Shown piece by piece: positions 1 to 11,900 of a DNA stretch of 64,000 bases; positions within the stretch are counted from its first letter, which is position 1, and each line of letters starts with the position of its first letter. Where the stretch lies: the NCBI GenBank assembly GCA_000004985.1, contig GG738865.1; one strand, written 5' to 3'. The translations under genes and the position numbers were made by a program. Origin of the DNA: Naegleria gruberi (Eukaryota). The notes under the pieces are model-generated. The model had not been told where the DNA came from and made no database searches. It saw nothing but the letters and a program-made list of their open reading frames with translations.

Positions 1-3000
1 TGGGTACAATCCATGGTTAACTTCCACAATATTGCCAAAGTTGTTGAACCAAAACGAAGAATGGTGGAAGAAGCAGAAACTAAACTTCAAATTGCCCAAG
101 CACAGCTCAAGGAAATGGAAGACGAATATGAGGAAAAGCAAAAAGAGTTGAGAGAACTTCAATTCCAATTGGATGAAGCCCTCAAACACAAGAAACAATT
201 GGAAGATGATGCCTATCAAACCAGAAAACGTATGGAGGCCGCAGAAGCCCTCATCAATGGTTTATCTTCTGAAGAGGAAAGATGGAGAAAGGATCAAAAG
301 CAATTCCAATTAGATATTCATAACTTGATTGGTGATATTGCGCTTGCATCTGCCTTTTTGACTTACTCTGGTCCATTCAATCAAGAGTTCAGAAATGTAT
401 TGATTGAAGACCTTTGCTTTAATGAATTTAGAAATAGAGGTATTCCATTCTCTGAAAAGGTGAATATTATTGACTTTACTACCCATCCAACAGTAATTGG
501 TGAATGGAGACTTCAAGGACTTCCTAATGATGACTATTCAACTCAAAATGCTATCATTGTTACCACTGGTTCCAGGTATCCTCTTTTAATAGATCCTCAA
601 GGACAAGGTAAGGAGTGGATCAAGAATAAGGAATCTACAGAGTTAGTAATTACCACCTTGAGATCTGATAACCTCAAAGAAGACTTGGAGAAGTGTGTAG
701 CTACCGGTAAACCTTTGTTAATTGAAGATGTCGGTGAAGAGCTTGATCCAATATTGGATAGTGTTTTGGATATGCAAATCATCAAGAAAGGAAAACGTCC
801 AAAAATCAAAATTGGAGAAAATGAAGTCCCATTTAATGAAGACTTCAAACTCTACATTACAACCAAACTTCCTAACCCAAGATATACTCCAGAAATGTTT
901 GCCAAAGTATCAGTCATTGACTTTACGGTCACTGCTATTGGTTTAGAAGATCAGCTATTGGCTATTGTTATCAATAAGGAAATGATTGAATTAGAAGAAA
1001 AGCGTAAGACCTTACTGAATGACATTCAGGAATGTAACGAAATTATGGAGCAATGTGAGAAGGAACTCTTGGAAAAACTTAGTGAAAATCGTGAGAAGAG
1101 TTTGGTTGATGATACTGATTTGATTGATATTCTTACCAAAACAAAAGAAAAGAACAGAATCATCAAGGAAAAGCTCATGGTTAGTGAGGAAACAAACAAG
1201 AGTATCCAAGAAGCTAGAGAAGAATTTAGACCTGTTGCAACACGAGGAAGTATTATGTACTTTGTCATTACCGAATTGAGTCTCATTAATTGCATGTATC
1301 AAGTAAGCTTGAGTCAATTCATCAAACTTTTCATTCAAGCCATTGATGAATCTGAACAAGATAGAAATACAAAGGTCAGAATTGAGAATATTATCACCTT
1401 TGCAACATACTTCATCTACAAGTATGTTCAAAGAGGCCTCTATGAAAAGCACAGAATTATATTTGCATTATTGTTGGCCCTTAAGATTGATTTGAAAAAA
1501 CCAAAATCAAAGGGTAGAGGTATCACAGCAAAGGAATTCAACTGTCTCATCAGAGCTGGTAATGCCCTCCAAAAGAGTGACGCTCCAAGAATTCCATTCT
1601 CTTGGATTGAAGACAAGATTTGGTTGAATATTTTCAGTTTGAGCAAGGCTGATATTCCTGAATTCAAATCCATTCACCTTATCATTGAAAATAACGAAGA
1701 TGATTGGAAGAGATTTTACTATTCTGCTACACCTGAAAGTGATCCAGTTCCAGATTATTCATCTCTTAGTACTTTCCACAAGTTATTACTAATTAGATGT
1801 TTACGTATGGACAGAACTATGAATGCTTGCTCTACATATATTATTGATACTCTTGGACAAAGTTTCGTTGACTCAATCTCTTTGAATTTGGAAGAGACTT
1901 GGAAAGAAACTTCTGCAATAACACCAGTTGTATGCTTGCTGTCTCAAGGTTCTGACCTTACTAATTCTATTGAAAAATTAGCACTCCATATGAAGATTAA
2001 TATTGATAGAGTTTCTATGGGTCAAGGCCAAAAGGAAAAGGCTCAAGAATTAGTTAAGAATGCTATTGCCAATGGTGGCTGGGTTTTATTACAAAATTGT
2101 CACTTGGGCATCGACTATTTGGAAGTATTGGAAAAGACCTTAATTGATCTCTCCAAAGAAGATTGCTCTGAAAAGACATTTAGAGTTTGGATTACCACTG
2201 AACCAACACCACTTTTCCCAATCAATTTACTTCAAATGTCAATCAAGGTTACTGATGAACCTCCAACTGGTATCAGAGCTGGTTTGACTAAGGCTTATAA
2301 TTGGCTGACTCAAGAATCTCTTGGAGAAGTTCCTGAAAATAGAAAGTTAATCTATAGTACCTGCTTCCTTCACTCAGTTCTAATTGAGAGAAAGAAATTT
2401 GGTCCTCTTGGTTGGTGTGTTCCTTATGAATTCAATCAATCAGATTTAGAATGTTCAATCCACTTTTTGATTAATTATTTGAATGAAAACGATATCAAAA
2501 AGATTCAATGGAATACCATAAGATACATGATTTGTGATGTACAATATGGTGGTAGAGTTACAGATGCTTTTGATTCTGTATTGCTTTCCAAGTATGGAAA
2601 CAAATTCTATGGTCCTCATATCTTCTCTAAGGACTTTGTATTGTACAGTGATAAGGAAAAGACTTATGAAATTCCAGACAGACCAAAGATTGATGACTAT
2701 CGTAAATATATTTATGAAAACTTGCCATTGTTTGATCCTCCAGAAGTCTTTGGCTTGCATCAAAATGCAGAAATTGTTCACAATGAACAAAAAGCCAACT
2801 TTGTTCTCAATACTATTCAAGGAATTCAACCTAAAGAATCCACTGCAGGCTCAGGAGAAACAAGAGAAGAAGCTGTACTAAAAGATGTAAAGAATTATCT
2901 TGAAAAGATTCCAGAAGAGTATGATACTAAGGAATTGAAAAAGTTTTACAAGAAATTAGAAACTCTCAAGAAGGACAGTGGAGGTGCAAACAATCCAATG

Positions 3001-3735
3001 ATTATCTTCCTCAAACAAGAAATTGACAGAATGAGGATAGTTTTGAGATTGGTGAGAAGAAACTTGCAAGATTTGAGTCTTGCCATTGCTGGTACCATTG
3101 TCATGAGTGCAGAACTACAAAACATTTTTGATTCACTCTATGATGCCAAAGTTCCATCACAATGGCAAAAGGTTTCGTGGGAATCTCAAAAGTTGGGTGT
3201 TTGGATTGAACAATTACAAAAGAGACATGAACAATTTATGAACTGGCTTCAAAAAGGTCAACCAAAGTTATTCTGGATTTCTGGTTTCTTCAATGTTGCT
3301 GGTTTCTTGACTGCAGTCAAACAAGAATCAACAAGAAAGCATGCTGGTTGGTCTCTTGAAGCAGTAACTCTCAAGACTGAAATCACAACAAAGGATGCTC
3401 TCAAGGATTCTATCAATGTACCTGATGATGCAGAAGGAGTATTCGTTTATGGCCTCTATCTCGAAGGAGCTATCTGGGATAAGAAAACAAGACAATTGGC
3501 AGATGTTCCAGCAAGTGAATTGGGTCTTGTACATGATTTACCTGTCATTCACCTCTCTGCCAACTCTCCAATGCAAGGAAGTGAAACTATGGGACCTAAA
3601 GAATATGTCTGTCCCGTCTACAAGAATCCAGACAGAACACAAAGAAATTACATCTTTGATTTGCATATCAAGACTCCTGATGATCCAAGCAAGTGGACTT
3701 TGAGAGGTGTTGCAGCTCTCTGCTCCAAACAATAA
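1..3735 (+). CDS. dynein heavy chain, C-terminal ~1240 aa (5' end cut by window edge); probably cytoplasmic dynein
   Basis: One uninterrupted ORF runs from the window edge to TAA at 3733-3735. A coiled-coil, stalk-like segment (EAETKLQIAQAQLKEMEDEYEEKQKELRELQFQLDEA) is followed by AAA5/AAA6-like and C-terminal dynein motifs (GLYLEGAIWD, YVCPVYKNPDRT). Opposite-strand mini-ORFs inside it are spurious. Confidence 0.9.
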   Translation, partial: WVQSMVNFHNIAKVVEPKRRMVEEAETKLQIAQAQLKEMEDEYEEKQKELRELQFQLDEALKHKKQLEDDAYQTRKRMEAAEALINGLSSEEERWRKDQKQFQLDIHNLIGDIALASAFLTYSGPFNQEFRNVLIEDLCFNEFRNRGIPFSEKVNIIDFTTHPTVIGEWRLQGLPNDDYSTQNAIIVTTGSRYPLLIDPQGQGKEWIKNKESTELVITTLRSDNLKEDLEKCVATGKPLLIEDVGEELDPILDSVLDMQIIKKGKRPKIKIGENEVPFNEDFKLYITTKLPNPRYTPEMFAKVSVIDFTVTAIGLEDQLLAIVINKEMIELEEKRKTLLNDIQECNEIMEQCEKELLEKLSENREKSLVDDTDLIDILTKTKEKNRIIKEKLMVSEETNKSIQEAREEFRPVATRGSIMYFVITELSLINCMYQVSLSQFIKLFIQAIDESEQDRNTKVRIENIITFATYFIYKYVQRGLYEKHRIIFALLLALKIDLKKPKSKGRGITAKEFNCLIRAGNALQKSDAPRIPFSWIEDKIWLNIFSLSKADIPEFKSIHLIIENNEDDWKRFYYSATPESDPVPDYSSLSTFHKLLLIRCLRMDRTMNACSTYIIDTLGQSFVDSISLNLEETWKETSAITPVVCLLSQGSDLTNSIEKLALHMKINIDRVSMGQGQKEKAQELVKNAIANGGWVLLQNCHLGIDYLEVLEKTLIDLSKEDCSEKTFRVWITTEPTPLFPINLLQMSIKVTDEPPTGIRAGLTKAYNWLTQESLGEVPENRKLIYSTCFLHSVLIERKKFGPLGWCVPYEFNQSDLECSIHFLINYLNENDIKKIQWNTIRYMICDVQYGGRVTDAFDSVLLSKYGNKFYGPHIFSKDFVLYSDKEKTYEIPDRPKIDDYRKYIYENLPLFDPPEVFGLHQNAEIVHNEQKANFVLNTIQGIQPKESTAGSGETREEAVLKDVKNYLEKIPEEYDTKELKKFYKKLETLKKDSGGANNPMIIFLKQEIDRMRIVLRLVRRNLQDLSLAIAGTIVMSAELQNIFDSLYDAKVPSQWQKVSWESQKLGVWIEQLQKRHEQFMNWLQKGQPKLFWISGFFNVAGFLTAVKQESTRKHAGWSLEAVTLKTEITTKDALKDSINVPDDAEGVFVYGLYLEGAIWDKKTRQLADVPASELGLVHDLPVIHLSANSPMQGSETMGPKEYVCPVYKNPDRTQRNYIFDLHIKTPDDPSKWTLRGVAALCSKQ

Positions 3736-3965
3736 TAAAATATCAATTCCAAATATCCACTAAAAGTTTACATATCAATCATGCACTAAATCGATTGTGG
3801 ATGATTATTTGAAGTTGAAATTAGAAGAATGTAGTGCAGTACCATTATTATTAGCACAGTGCAGAGGGAGAGAAAAGCCAAAATCATCACACAGATAATG
3901 AAAATCTATTTATTCAGCATGCTTTTTTTTTTTAAATATTAAAAAATTTAAAATTGAACAAAAAA

Positions 3966-5609
3966 ATGGAAGAATCAGCATTGTTGTCATACGTTCATAC
4001 TCACGGAGCCATCGAAAATTCTGTTGAGTTCGCCCAATCACACAATATTGACCACCAACAATTCTATGGTCAAATCAACAGTTTATCGCTTGCTAATATT
4101 TTGGTTCTTGAAAAGAGAGAATGTACATCTGCTTTACCAAGCACCGAAGGTTTGCAAATTTTAAATCAAGGACAATCAGCTGAAATTAAATTACTTGCTG
4201 CTCTCATCAATTCTCCTGATGGTGTTGATAAGAATGTTTTACAACAACAATTAGGTGATAATTATCTTCCAGCCTTCAAGGCTTGTATGAAGAACAAGTG
4301 GATTTCACAAGAAAAAGGTTCTGATATTTTGAAAAAGTCTGCCACTGTTAGCGAATTACCAAAGGATGTTGTTGTTGATCAATTGAAAATTATTTCTGCT
4401 TCCGGATTTGTTTTCCTCGAATTAGAAAAGCAAAAGGGAAAGAGTCTTGAAGATTTAAAGACTATCGAATTTGCTAACTTGAAAGTCCAAGATGATAAAG
4501 ATCCAAGATATACTGAATTGAAGAAGGCCTGTATTGAACAAGGAAAATGTATCAATTCTAATGATTTCACTGAATTGAAATCAAGAAAACTTGTTAAAGT
4601 TGAAACTATCAAGTTCTTCTATGTTTCAAAGGGTACTGAATTTGCTCTTGAAAGAAAGAAACAAGAAACTGATTTGACAACTCAAATGATCTTGTCTAAT
4701 GAATGGCAGAATGCTTCTTTCAAGGAATACAATTTCAAGGCTACTGGTAAGAGAAATGAAAATGGTTATCTTCACACTTTGTTGAAGGTCAGAACTGAAT
4801 TCCGTAAGGTTTTCCTTGAACTTGGCTTTGAAGAAATGGCCACTAATAATTTTGTTGAAAGCTCTTTCTGGAACTTTGACGCCTTGTTCCAACCTCAACA
4901 ACACCCTGCTCGTGATGCTCACGACACTTTCTTCTTGGAAAATCCAAAACAATGTATTTCATTGCCAACTGATGGATATCTTGAAGATGTTAAGAAAATT
5001 CACGAAGAAGGAGGTTTTGGATCTATTGGTTACAGATATGACTGGAAGGTTGAAGAATCAAAGAAGAATCTTCTCCGTACTCACACAACTGCTGTCAGTA
5101 CTCGTTATTTGAGAAAACTCGGAGAAGAATTAAGCAATGGTGCCGAATTCAAGCCAAGAAAATATTTCTCAATTGATCGTGTTTTCCGTAATGAAGCTCC
5201 TGATGCTACTCACTTGTGTGAATTCCACCAAATTGAAGGTATGGTCATCGATAAGGGTTTAACTCTTGGTGACATGATTGGACTTTTCCGTGTTTTCTTT
5301 GCCAAGATTGGTATTACTGATTTGAAATTCAAACCTGCTTTTAACCCATATACAGAACCATCCATGGAAATCTTTGGTTATCACCCAATGCTCAAGAAAT
5401 GGGTTGAAGTTGGTAACTCTGGTATGTTCAGACCTGAAATGCTCCGACCAATGGGACTTCCAGAAGATGTTACTGTTTTGGCTTGGGGTCTCTCACTGGA
5501 AAGACCAACCATGATCAAATATTCTGTTGATAACATCAGAGATTTGGTTGGCCACAAGGTTGATCTTGGTGGTGTTCAAAAGAATCCAATTTGTCGTCTT
5601 AATAAGTAA
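3966..5609 (+). CDS. FARSA: phenylalanyl-tRNA synthetase alpha subunit (class II aaRS, cytoplasmic type)
   Basis: 547 aa from ATG 3966; the track ORF start at 3954 is a TTG. The N-terminus is a winged-helix region. The C-terminal catalytic core carries class II motifs (FNPYTEPSMEIF, GMVIDKGLTLGDMIG, AWGLSLERPTMIKY). An A-run precedes the ATG. Confidence 0.9.
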   Translation: MEESALLSYVHTHGAIENSVEFAQSHNIDHQQFYGQINSLSLANILVLEKRECTSALPSTEGLQILNQGQSAEIKLLAALINSPDGVDKNVLQQQLGDNYLPAFKACMKNKWISQEKGSDILKKSATVSELPKDVVVDQLKIISASGFVFLELEKQKGKSLEDLKTIEFANLKVQDDKDPRYTELKKACIEQGKCINSNDFTELKSRKLVKVETIKFFYVSKGTEFALERKKQETDLTTQMILSNEWQNASFKEYNFKATGKRNENGYLHTLLKVRTEFRKVFLELGFEEMATNNFVESSFWNFDALFQPQQHPARDAHDTFFLENPKQCISLPTDGYLEDVKKIHEEGGFGSIGYRYDWKVEESKKNLLRTHTTAVSTRYLRKLGEELSNGAEFKPRKYFSIDRVFRNEAPDATHLCEFHQIEGMVIDKGLTLGDMIGLFRVFFAKIGITDLKFKPAFNPYTEPSMEIFGYHPMLKKWVEVGNSGMFRPEMLRPMGLPEDVTVLAWGLSLERPTMIKYSVDNIRDLVGHKVDLGGVQKNPICRLNK

Positions 5610-5628
5610 ATTATTGTAAAATTTTAAT

Positions 5629-7641
5629 TCAATAGTTTAACAGATTATTAGCCGTTTGACTTCGTTTTTTGGAAGCAGCAAGATTGTTAATTCTTGGTTG
5701 AGTCACAGCTGGTTCAACCTTCTTGCTTAGTACTGCCAATTCATCTTGGTTCTTTACACTTTTACCCTTCTCTAACACAAAGAATAGAACATTTTTATCC
5801 AGAACCAATCTGGACATGGATTTGAGTAATAGCTTTTGAAGATCCAAAAACTTGGTTGTAATCAGATCATATGTTAATTGGGTCTTTTGTTCCTTATCTT
5901 GTACACCTTCTTCCGTAAGCGTCAATTCACCAAAATGTTTACCTAGATTAGGAATGCAACAGATTGAAAAATCTGATAGGGCTTTTTCATAAGTTTCCCT
6001 CAATTGTTTTGTATAATTAGCCGAGTTCATATCAGTACTAATGATTTGTTGCAATTTTTCGTATTCTTTTTTGGAGCTTTCACTAATTGAATCAAATGTT
6101 TGCTTCATTCTAAATACTGATCCATTTCTAATGGCAGAAGCTATAGCATAGAGAGCTCCATAATTTCCCACATTAGCACAGCACATTGCCAAGTTAATTA
6201 AATATTCCAAAACAGCTACTCTTCTTTCCAGTTGTTCTTCCTGTACAATCAAACTGGCAAACCATAGTGAGTATGTGTTGAAAAAATCAATATTGTCAAT
6301 AATATTTGGACATTGATACTTTTTCCTACTCTTTGTCCAATTGGCTCCAAATAATTCTTGAGGCTCAATCCTCAAAAACAATCTTCCAAACAAGTAGGAG
6401 AGATGCGAAACAAATGATTTGGTTTCTATCTGAGTGATACATTCAATCAGTTTGCTTGAACGACTCATTTTCTGTTGGATTGTTCTTTCCACTGCTGTCA
6501 ACATTTGTGAATATGAGAAGGTTGAGTTTGTTCGGGAAACAAACTTTTCAAGATCGAAATTATCGCCTAGGGTTTGGGAAATACGTTTCAATTTCCCTTC
6601 GTTACTTCTAATGAATGTTCTTAATGTACATGTAAGTTTAGTGTAGGCTTGAACTCCCTCTAGATCAAATTTCGTATAGTAGAGGTAGTACTTCTGAAGC
6701 CAATGTTTAAGTGCTCGATAGGCATTGGCTTTTGTTTCTGTTACTTTATCATCTGATGAGGACAGCCAAGAAGAAAGGCAGGTGAAAAACTGACCTGATG
6801 ATATTCCCATATTTTGATACATTAAGCAAATCTTATCAATTGGTTTTAAATTGTCAGATGTTGCAGCATTAATATATCTCAATACAGTTTCAGTATGAAT
6901 AGGCTTGGATAATTCCAATTCTAATGAATCAAGATTTGACAAATCCAGTGTATCTTCATTGATTAATCCAAGTTTTTCATTGATGATTGCAGAATTTGTT
7001 TTGATTGCAGCTGATAATAGTACATTCTCCAAATCAAAGTTACTTCTCAAGACTTTCAACTCTAGATTTGTTGATGGATTTTTAACCTTCTCGAAATGAG
7101 AAGTAAACATTGTTCTATGGTAAGGAAATTCAGTGATTGATAATTGTTCCAATTCCTTTTCGGTTTTACCAATATATTGTGTTACTAATTCTTGATCCAC
7201 ATTCGATTCAAGTTCCTTAGATACAGAAAATTGGTTTTTAACTGGCGTAAATCCCTCCAATTCGAGTTGTTCTCTGTGTTTTTCCATACGAAGAATTTCA
7301 GCACTCTTACTTAAACCCTTCTCACGTAAATACTTTTCAAAAAGTAAGAGTAATATACTTCTCCGTTCCTCATCAACTTCCGATAATTTCTTCTTACTTC
7401 CTCCCTTCTGACTTAATAGTTGCTGTTCAGCTTTAATTTTCAGAGAGACCAACGATTCAAACTCTTCCAAAGCTTGTCCAGAAACCCTCACTTCCTCATC
7501 AATTTCTGTTAGATGTTCATGTGAATTTCTTCCTTGTTGCTGATGAGCATTTCCACTCCTCGACACTGTTGCCGAGGAGCAATTATTATCACTCTTTTTA
7601 TCGGGATGATTTCCCGTCAATGGTGATTGTGCTTGGACCAT
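5629..7641 (-). CDS. Ras guanine-nucleotide exchange factor (REM + CDC25-homology RasGEF domain)
   Basis: 670 aa, ATG at 7641. Contains the RasGEF signature GNYGALYAIASAIRN and other CDC25-homology blocks, with a REM-like region upstream. The N-terminus is low-complexity and coiled-coil. Confidence 0.85.
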   Translation of the reverse strand: MVQAQSPLTGNHPDKKSDNNCSSATVSRSGNAHQQQGRNSHEHLTEIDEEVRVSGQALEEFESLVSLKIKAEQQLLSQKGGSKKKLSEVDEERRSILLLLFEKYLREKGLSKSAEILRMEKHREQLELEGFTPVKNQFSVSKELESNVDQELVTQYIGKTEKELEQLSITEFPYHRTMFTSHFEKVKNPSTNLELKVLRSNFDLENVLLSAAIKTNSAIINEKLGLINEDTLDLSNLDSLELELSKPIHTETVLRYINAATSDNLKPIDKICLMYQNMGISSGQFFTCLSSWLSSSDDKVTETKANAYRALKHWLQKYYLYYTKFDLEGVQAYTKLTCTLRTFIRSNEGKLKRISQTLGDNFDLEKFVSRTNSTFSYSQMLTAVERTIQQKMSRSSKLIECITQIETKSFVSHLSYLFGRLFLRIEPQELFGANWTKSRKKYQCPNIIDNIDFFNTYSLWFASLIVQEEQLERRVAVLEYLINLAMCCANVGNYGALYAIASAIRNGSVFRMKQTFDSISESSKKEYEKLQQIISTDMNSANYTKQLRETYEKALSDFSICCIPNLGKHFGELTLTEEGVQDKEQKTQLTYDLITTKFLDLQKLLLKSMSRLVLDKNVLFFVLEKGKSVKNQDELAVLSKKVEPAVTQPRINNLAASKKRSQTANNLLNY

Positions 7642-7767
7642 TTTTTTAAGGGAGAATACTAAGGAACATGTGGAGTGAGTGGTAAATCCAAATACTCTAG
7701 CTTTCTTAAAGGGAGAGATTCTGAAAGTGTATTGTGGGAGGATAATGAAGAGAGAGTGGATGAGAAT

Positions 7768-8475
7768 TTATTGAACAAATACCAACCATCCTAAGAAGAT
7801 ATAGTACAGAATGACAGGGTACATGCTGAGAAGTTTTCTATTCTTCTTAACGCTGTGTGTCAAGACCAATGTTGAGGTTATGCAACACCACACCACACAA
7901 CACAAGACAATAAAGAATCGAATAGTGAATGATTGGAGGAAAATGAATGCAATACTACATAACACTAATGGGAATACACAATATCCCAAAACACACACAC
8001 TTTGGAAAAAGCTAATTGTTCCTCCTAATAATTGTCCATTCAATGTAAGAATACCACTTCCAAGCCAAATAATTACAAAAACACCTCCAAAGGCAGCTCC
8101 TTTTTGTGATTCTTTGGCACTAAATCCTAAAGTAAAAGCAAGAAGAATACACAAAAGTAAAGGACCCCACAAATCCCAATTTTTCAATTCTCTATGAATT
8201 CTTTGCTCATCGTTAACAGGAACTAAAACAAGAGCGATCTTTCTTCCGATATTGGTCAAATCTCTCATGATCGTTTTTATAACAGGTTCATCAATTGTAT
8301 CCGATGTATCTTCATAATCATCAAAAAATCGATTACCATTTGTTGTTGTTGTATTTGTTGGTTGTTGTGTTTGATCCTCAGAGCCTAAAAGTGGGTTATG
8401 TTGAATATCCAATTCGTTTTGATGTCCTCCTGATGATGAGAATGGATCATCCTCCTGCATAAAAGCTTGAGACAT
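7768..8475 (-). CDS. Yip1-domain family membrane protein (YIPF-like)
   Basis: 235 aa with an acidic, Thr-rich cytosolic N-terminus followed by 5 hydrophobic helices. The Yip1-type DLWGPLLL motif is present. ATG at 8475. Confidence 0.8.
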   Translation of the reverse strand: MSQAFMQEDDPFSSSGGHQNELDIQHNPLLGSEDQTQQPTNTTTTNGNRFFDDYEDTSDTIDEPVIKTIMRDLTNIGRKIALVLVPVNDEQRIHRELKNWDLWGPLLLCILLAFTLGFSAKESQKGAAFGGVFVIIWLGSGILTLNGQLLGGTISFFQSVCVLGYCVFPLVLCSIAFIFLQSFTIRFFIVLCCVVWCCITSTLVLTHSVKKNRKLLSMYPVILYYIFLGWLVFVQ

Positions 8476-8924
8476 TTTTTAATAAAAATTAATTTTTAAA
8501 TAATAATAATAGAAGTCTAATTAGAACCTTTGTTTTTTGCCTTGTCAGCACGTCCAACCACAAATATTATTATTTTCAAAGATCTTTTCAGAATAATAAT
8601 AAATAAGAATTTAATATTCTTTTAATTAGGGCCTATTAACTTTCCGTTCAAATAACATATACTTTTCGATTCAAAAAAAATGTACAGTGGTTCGCTTCCT
8701 CCTCACAAGATTGTCTATTTCGAGTCGAAGAGAAAAGTAACTGCCTATCCGTGGGGAATTACTAGTGGAGGTTCTTCTGGTAGTAGAGATCCATTGCAGT
8801 CTTTACGAGCAAGAATGGATTTGTTGAAGAGTCCGATCTTGGATTTGGAACTCTTCTCATGGAATGGTGCTGAGGTAGGTGCAGATTGTTGGATTCATCA
8901 ATTAACTTGATATTTAAAAAGGCT
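8476..8924. promoter_or_regulatory. divergent intergenic region between the Yip1-like gene (minus) and the MYND/TPR gene (plus); presumed bidirectional promoter
   Basis: AT-rich. A-runs precede both ATGs. No elements are individually identifiable. Confidence 0.3.
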
Positions 8925-11900
8925 ATGGAATATGAAAAAGCGGAACAAGCTAGGAAAAAGAAATATGCATCGTGTTTGCAATTAGTCAAACATATTTCTG
9001 GTTTACCAACAATTTCGGATGAGGATTTAAAAAACCCTGATTGGAGTTGTGAAAATGTAGAGCTGGTATTGTTGGAAAATGGGTTATTGGTAAAGGAAAA
9101 TGCAGTGAGTACGGTAGTGCAATCTGCATTTGTTGATGATAAATTTGTGGATCAGTTTATTGACTTTATGATTGATGAGTGGAAGGATCCAACACCTTCG
9201 GAATTAATTTATACATTGGTTTTATTTAAATCCAACAAAATTTTGAATAATTTATTGAAGAGAAGACACATAATGAGGATTTGTTATTTTGTCTTGACTT
9301 GCGAAACAACCCTAGATAATATTCAATTAGCTCTCCAACAATTTTTGGAGATGTATTACAGCATTTCTATCAATGTACTTTGTTCAATTCTTCATGATGA
9401 GCTCAGAAGGTTCAAAGATTTTAAACGTAATAATTATGATTTTGCAATAGAAATGAAATGTTTGGAATTAATTCTAGTGTTGCGAGTGAAATATCCAAGT
9501 GAGAGTATTGATTCCACACTTCAATCAATCCTCGTTTATTTATTAAGATTGGGCAATCAACAAGTTTCTAAAAAACTTTGCACTAGAGCTGTTGTGGCTC
9601 TGAAAGAAATGAAAGCCAAATCAAAAGAATCGTTCGGCGCTGTAAAAAAAGCTTTTGAAACAAAGTCAATTTCAACTAAAGTGGCTGGTACCCTTGCTGA
9701 ATATTGCCAAATAACGAATACAGAGAAATATTTGGAATCAAAGATTGATGAAAAGAAGGAGCTAGGAGAAAAGGCTATTGGAACTGGTACTGATGTTGAG
9801 GATTTTATTCAAGACATTGATGTAGATCCATCTATTTATTCTATTGATGAAATGAAAAAGCATTTGGATGCTACCATTCTCAAAAATGCAACTCCCTATA
9901 TCCACTCCCAATTCATCAAGAAGCACTATGGTACTATACACCACCAAGAAGTTGAGGAGGAAAAGGAATTTCAATATTTGGCCAAAGCTATTATTCGAGT
10001 ATGTTCATGTCTAATTTTTTACTTTTTAATAACACAGTTAATTTGAAACTAACAGTTCAGAAATTATGGCACTAGAAAGATGGCACTTCTTTCCAATAAG
10101 ATGATGTACGACAATATTGATACAAGTGATTTGAAGGATTTCTCAACCCAGACTTTCAAAAGAAACCAATCATCTGACTATTTTAATTATCTAGTTCAAG
10201 ATCTTGCACCAATAATGGAATATCTAAATAGAGAGAAAATGTCACTCGGATATGATGCCATGTACATTCTTGGTGTTTGTTGTGAATATAGAGGAATGGT
10301 TGTGGAAAAGTTTTCACACAATTCATGGTGCATCAAACCAATTTATACTTATCTTATTGATAGTGGTATCTTTCAAAGAATTGAGGAGATTATTTTGAAA
10401 CATCTGAAAGGTCCACCAAGAGAACATGAAGATGATCGTATTGTCAGATTACAATACATTTGTGAAGCAATACGACTGGCTTCTGAACTATTTAATTCAA
10501 TGAAGAATAATAGAGAAATTAGCAGAGTTTCTCACATTTTGGAAACTTCTAAATTCTTTGAATACTTAATTTATTGCTTGTATGAATTTAGGGAAGAGGA
10601 AATTATGCTCAAGACCATTGAACCTTGTTTTGCATATGCTGCAGAATGTAGACAGGAAGTAGGTATATGTCTCATCTATAAAAAGTACCTGCTGGCCCAA
10701 ATCACCCAAATGTTTAACTATGCCATCCTCCTGCCTGAAACAACAAGTGATGAAAAGGTTGATTTAACCACAACCATGACTGTAATTATTAGAACACTGT
10801 ATGACATTGCCAAACCAACTGCATCTAAGGTCAATGGATCCCTTTTAAAGGGTCAGAGAAGATTACTAGCACCAATGCTTGGTTGTGGAATTTTTTCCAA
10901 ATTGGCTTCATTTCTCAAAGAAAAACAAGGAATGCTAACAGGATTTGCTGTCTCAGCCATGAACGATGACAGAGATCCACGATACCACTGGATTGCAGAA
11001 CTCGTTACTATCATGTCTTATTATTCGAGATATCCACCAATGAGAAAATGCTTTTATGAAAACAATTATGAAATTTTCACAATTTTACTATCCAAAGTAA
11101 TATTCTCACTTAATGAGGTTTTCAAGAGCAAATCTAAAAATCAGAATAGAAAGCTTCACTTCCCTAATGTTTCTGGCTCTTCCTTCCTTAATGGGTTGTC
11201 TCTTGTGAATCGTTTGTTGTGGGACCGTGAGACTAGGAAATTCATGAGCGCAAATGAAAAGAACAGATCATCTGTTAATGGATCTACTAAGCTGGAAGAC
11301 TTATGTTTTTATTGGATTAATTATTTTGTACAGAGAGTGAAAAATTCAGAAACACTAACTCAAAGTGATTTACTTGTTTGGGGAAGATCCTATTTCCTCT
11401 TGTCTAGTTTAATGATAGAAGAAGATTTCCGTTCATACCTTGCAACCAATACTCAGATTGTGGAATTACTCATGGATACAATAAGTATCAAAGCTAGGCG
11501 ATTAACTACTGATGTAAAGAACTCTTCCTGTAAATGCATAATGATATTATTGAAGGAACCAAAGGCAGCTGAAAAAATGGAGGTTGACAAGATTTTGAAA
11601 TTTGTCAACTCTGAATTCAAAAACGAAACAACAACACGACTCATCGCTCCGGAGAATGAAATTGAAACAAATGTACTCCTAGGTCTGTTGTATGATATGT
11701 TTGAAAGTCGAATTGGAGAGGATGCAAAACAACTCATCAAGGCCAAATATCCTCTATTAGCTCCTCAAATCAAGGAAATTGGCAAGTGCAACACTTGTGG
11801 AAAAGGCTCTAGTTCAGAATCATCCTTAAAGCGTTGCTCTGCCTGTAATTCTGTAAGATATTGCAGTGTTGGTATGTTATTTTTATTGTATTTAATCTTC

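Noticed and set aside
310-3732. Numerous 60-150-aa ORFs on the minus strand or in other frames inside the dynein, EF-G, kinesin, MCC and other large genes
   Set aside because: They are fully embedded in strongly supported conserved CDSs, low-complexity, and lack start context. They are typical antisense or alternate-frame noise in AT-rich coding DNA.
8680-8874. Upstream 65-aa ORF (MYSGSLPPHK...) as a separate gene
   Set aside because: It is more likely either a 5' exon (GTAGGT donor at 8875, AG at 8920-8921) of the MYND/TPR gene or non-coding. It is too short and featureless to call independently.
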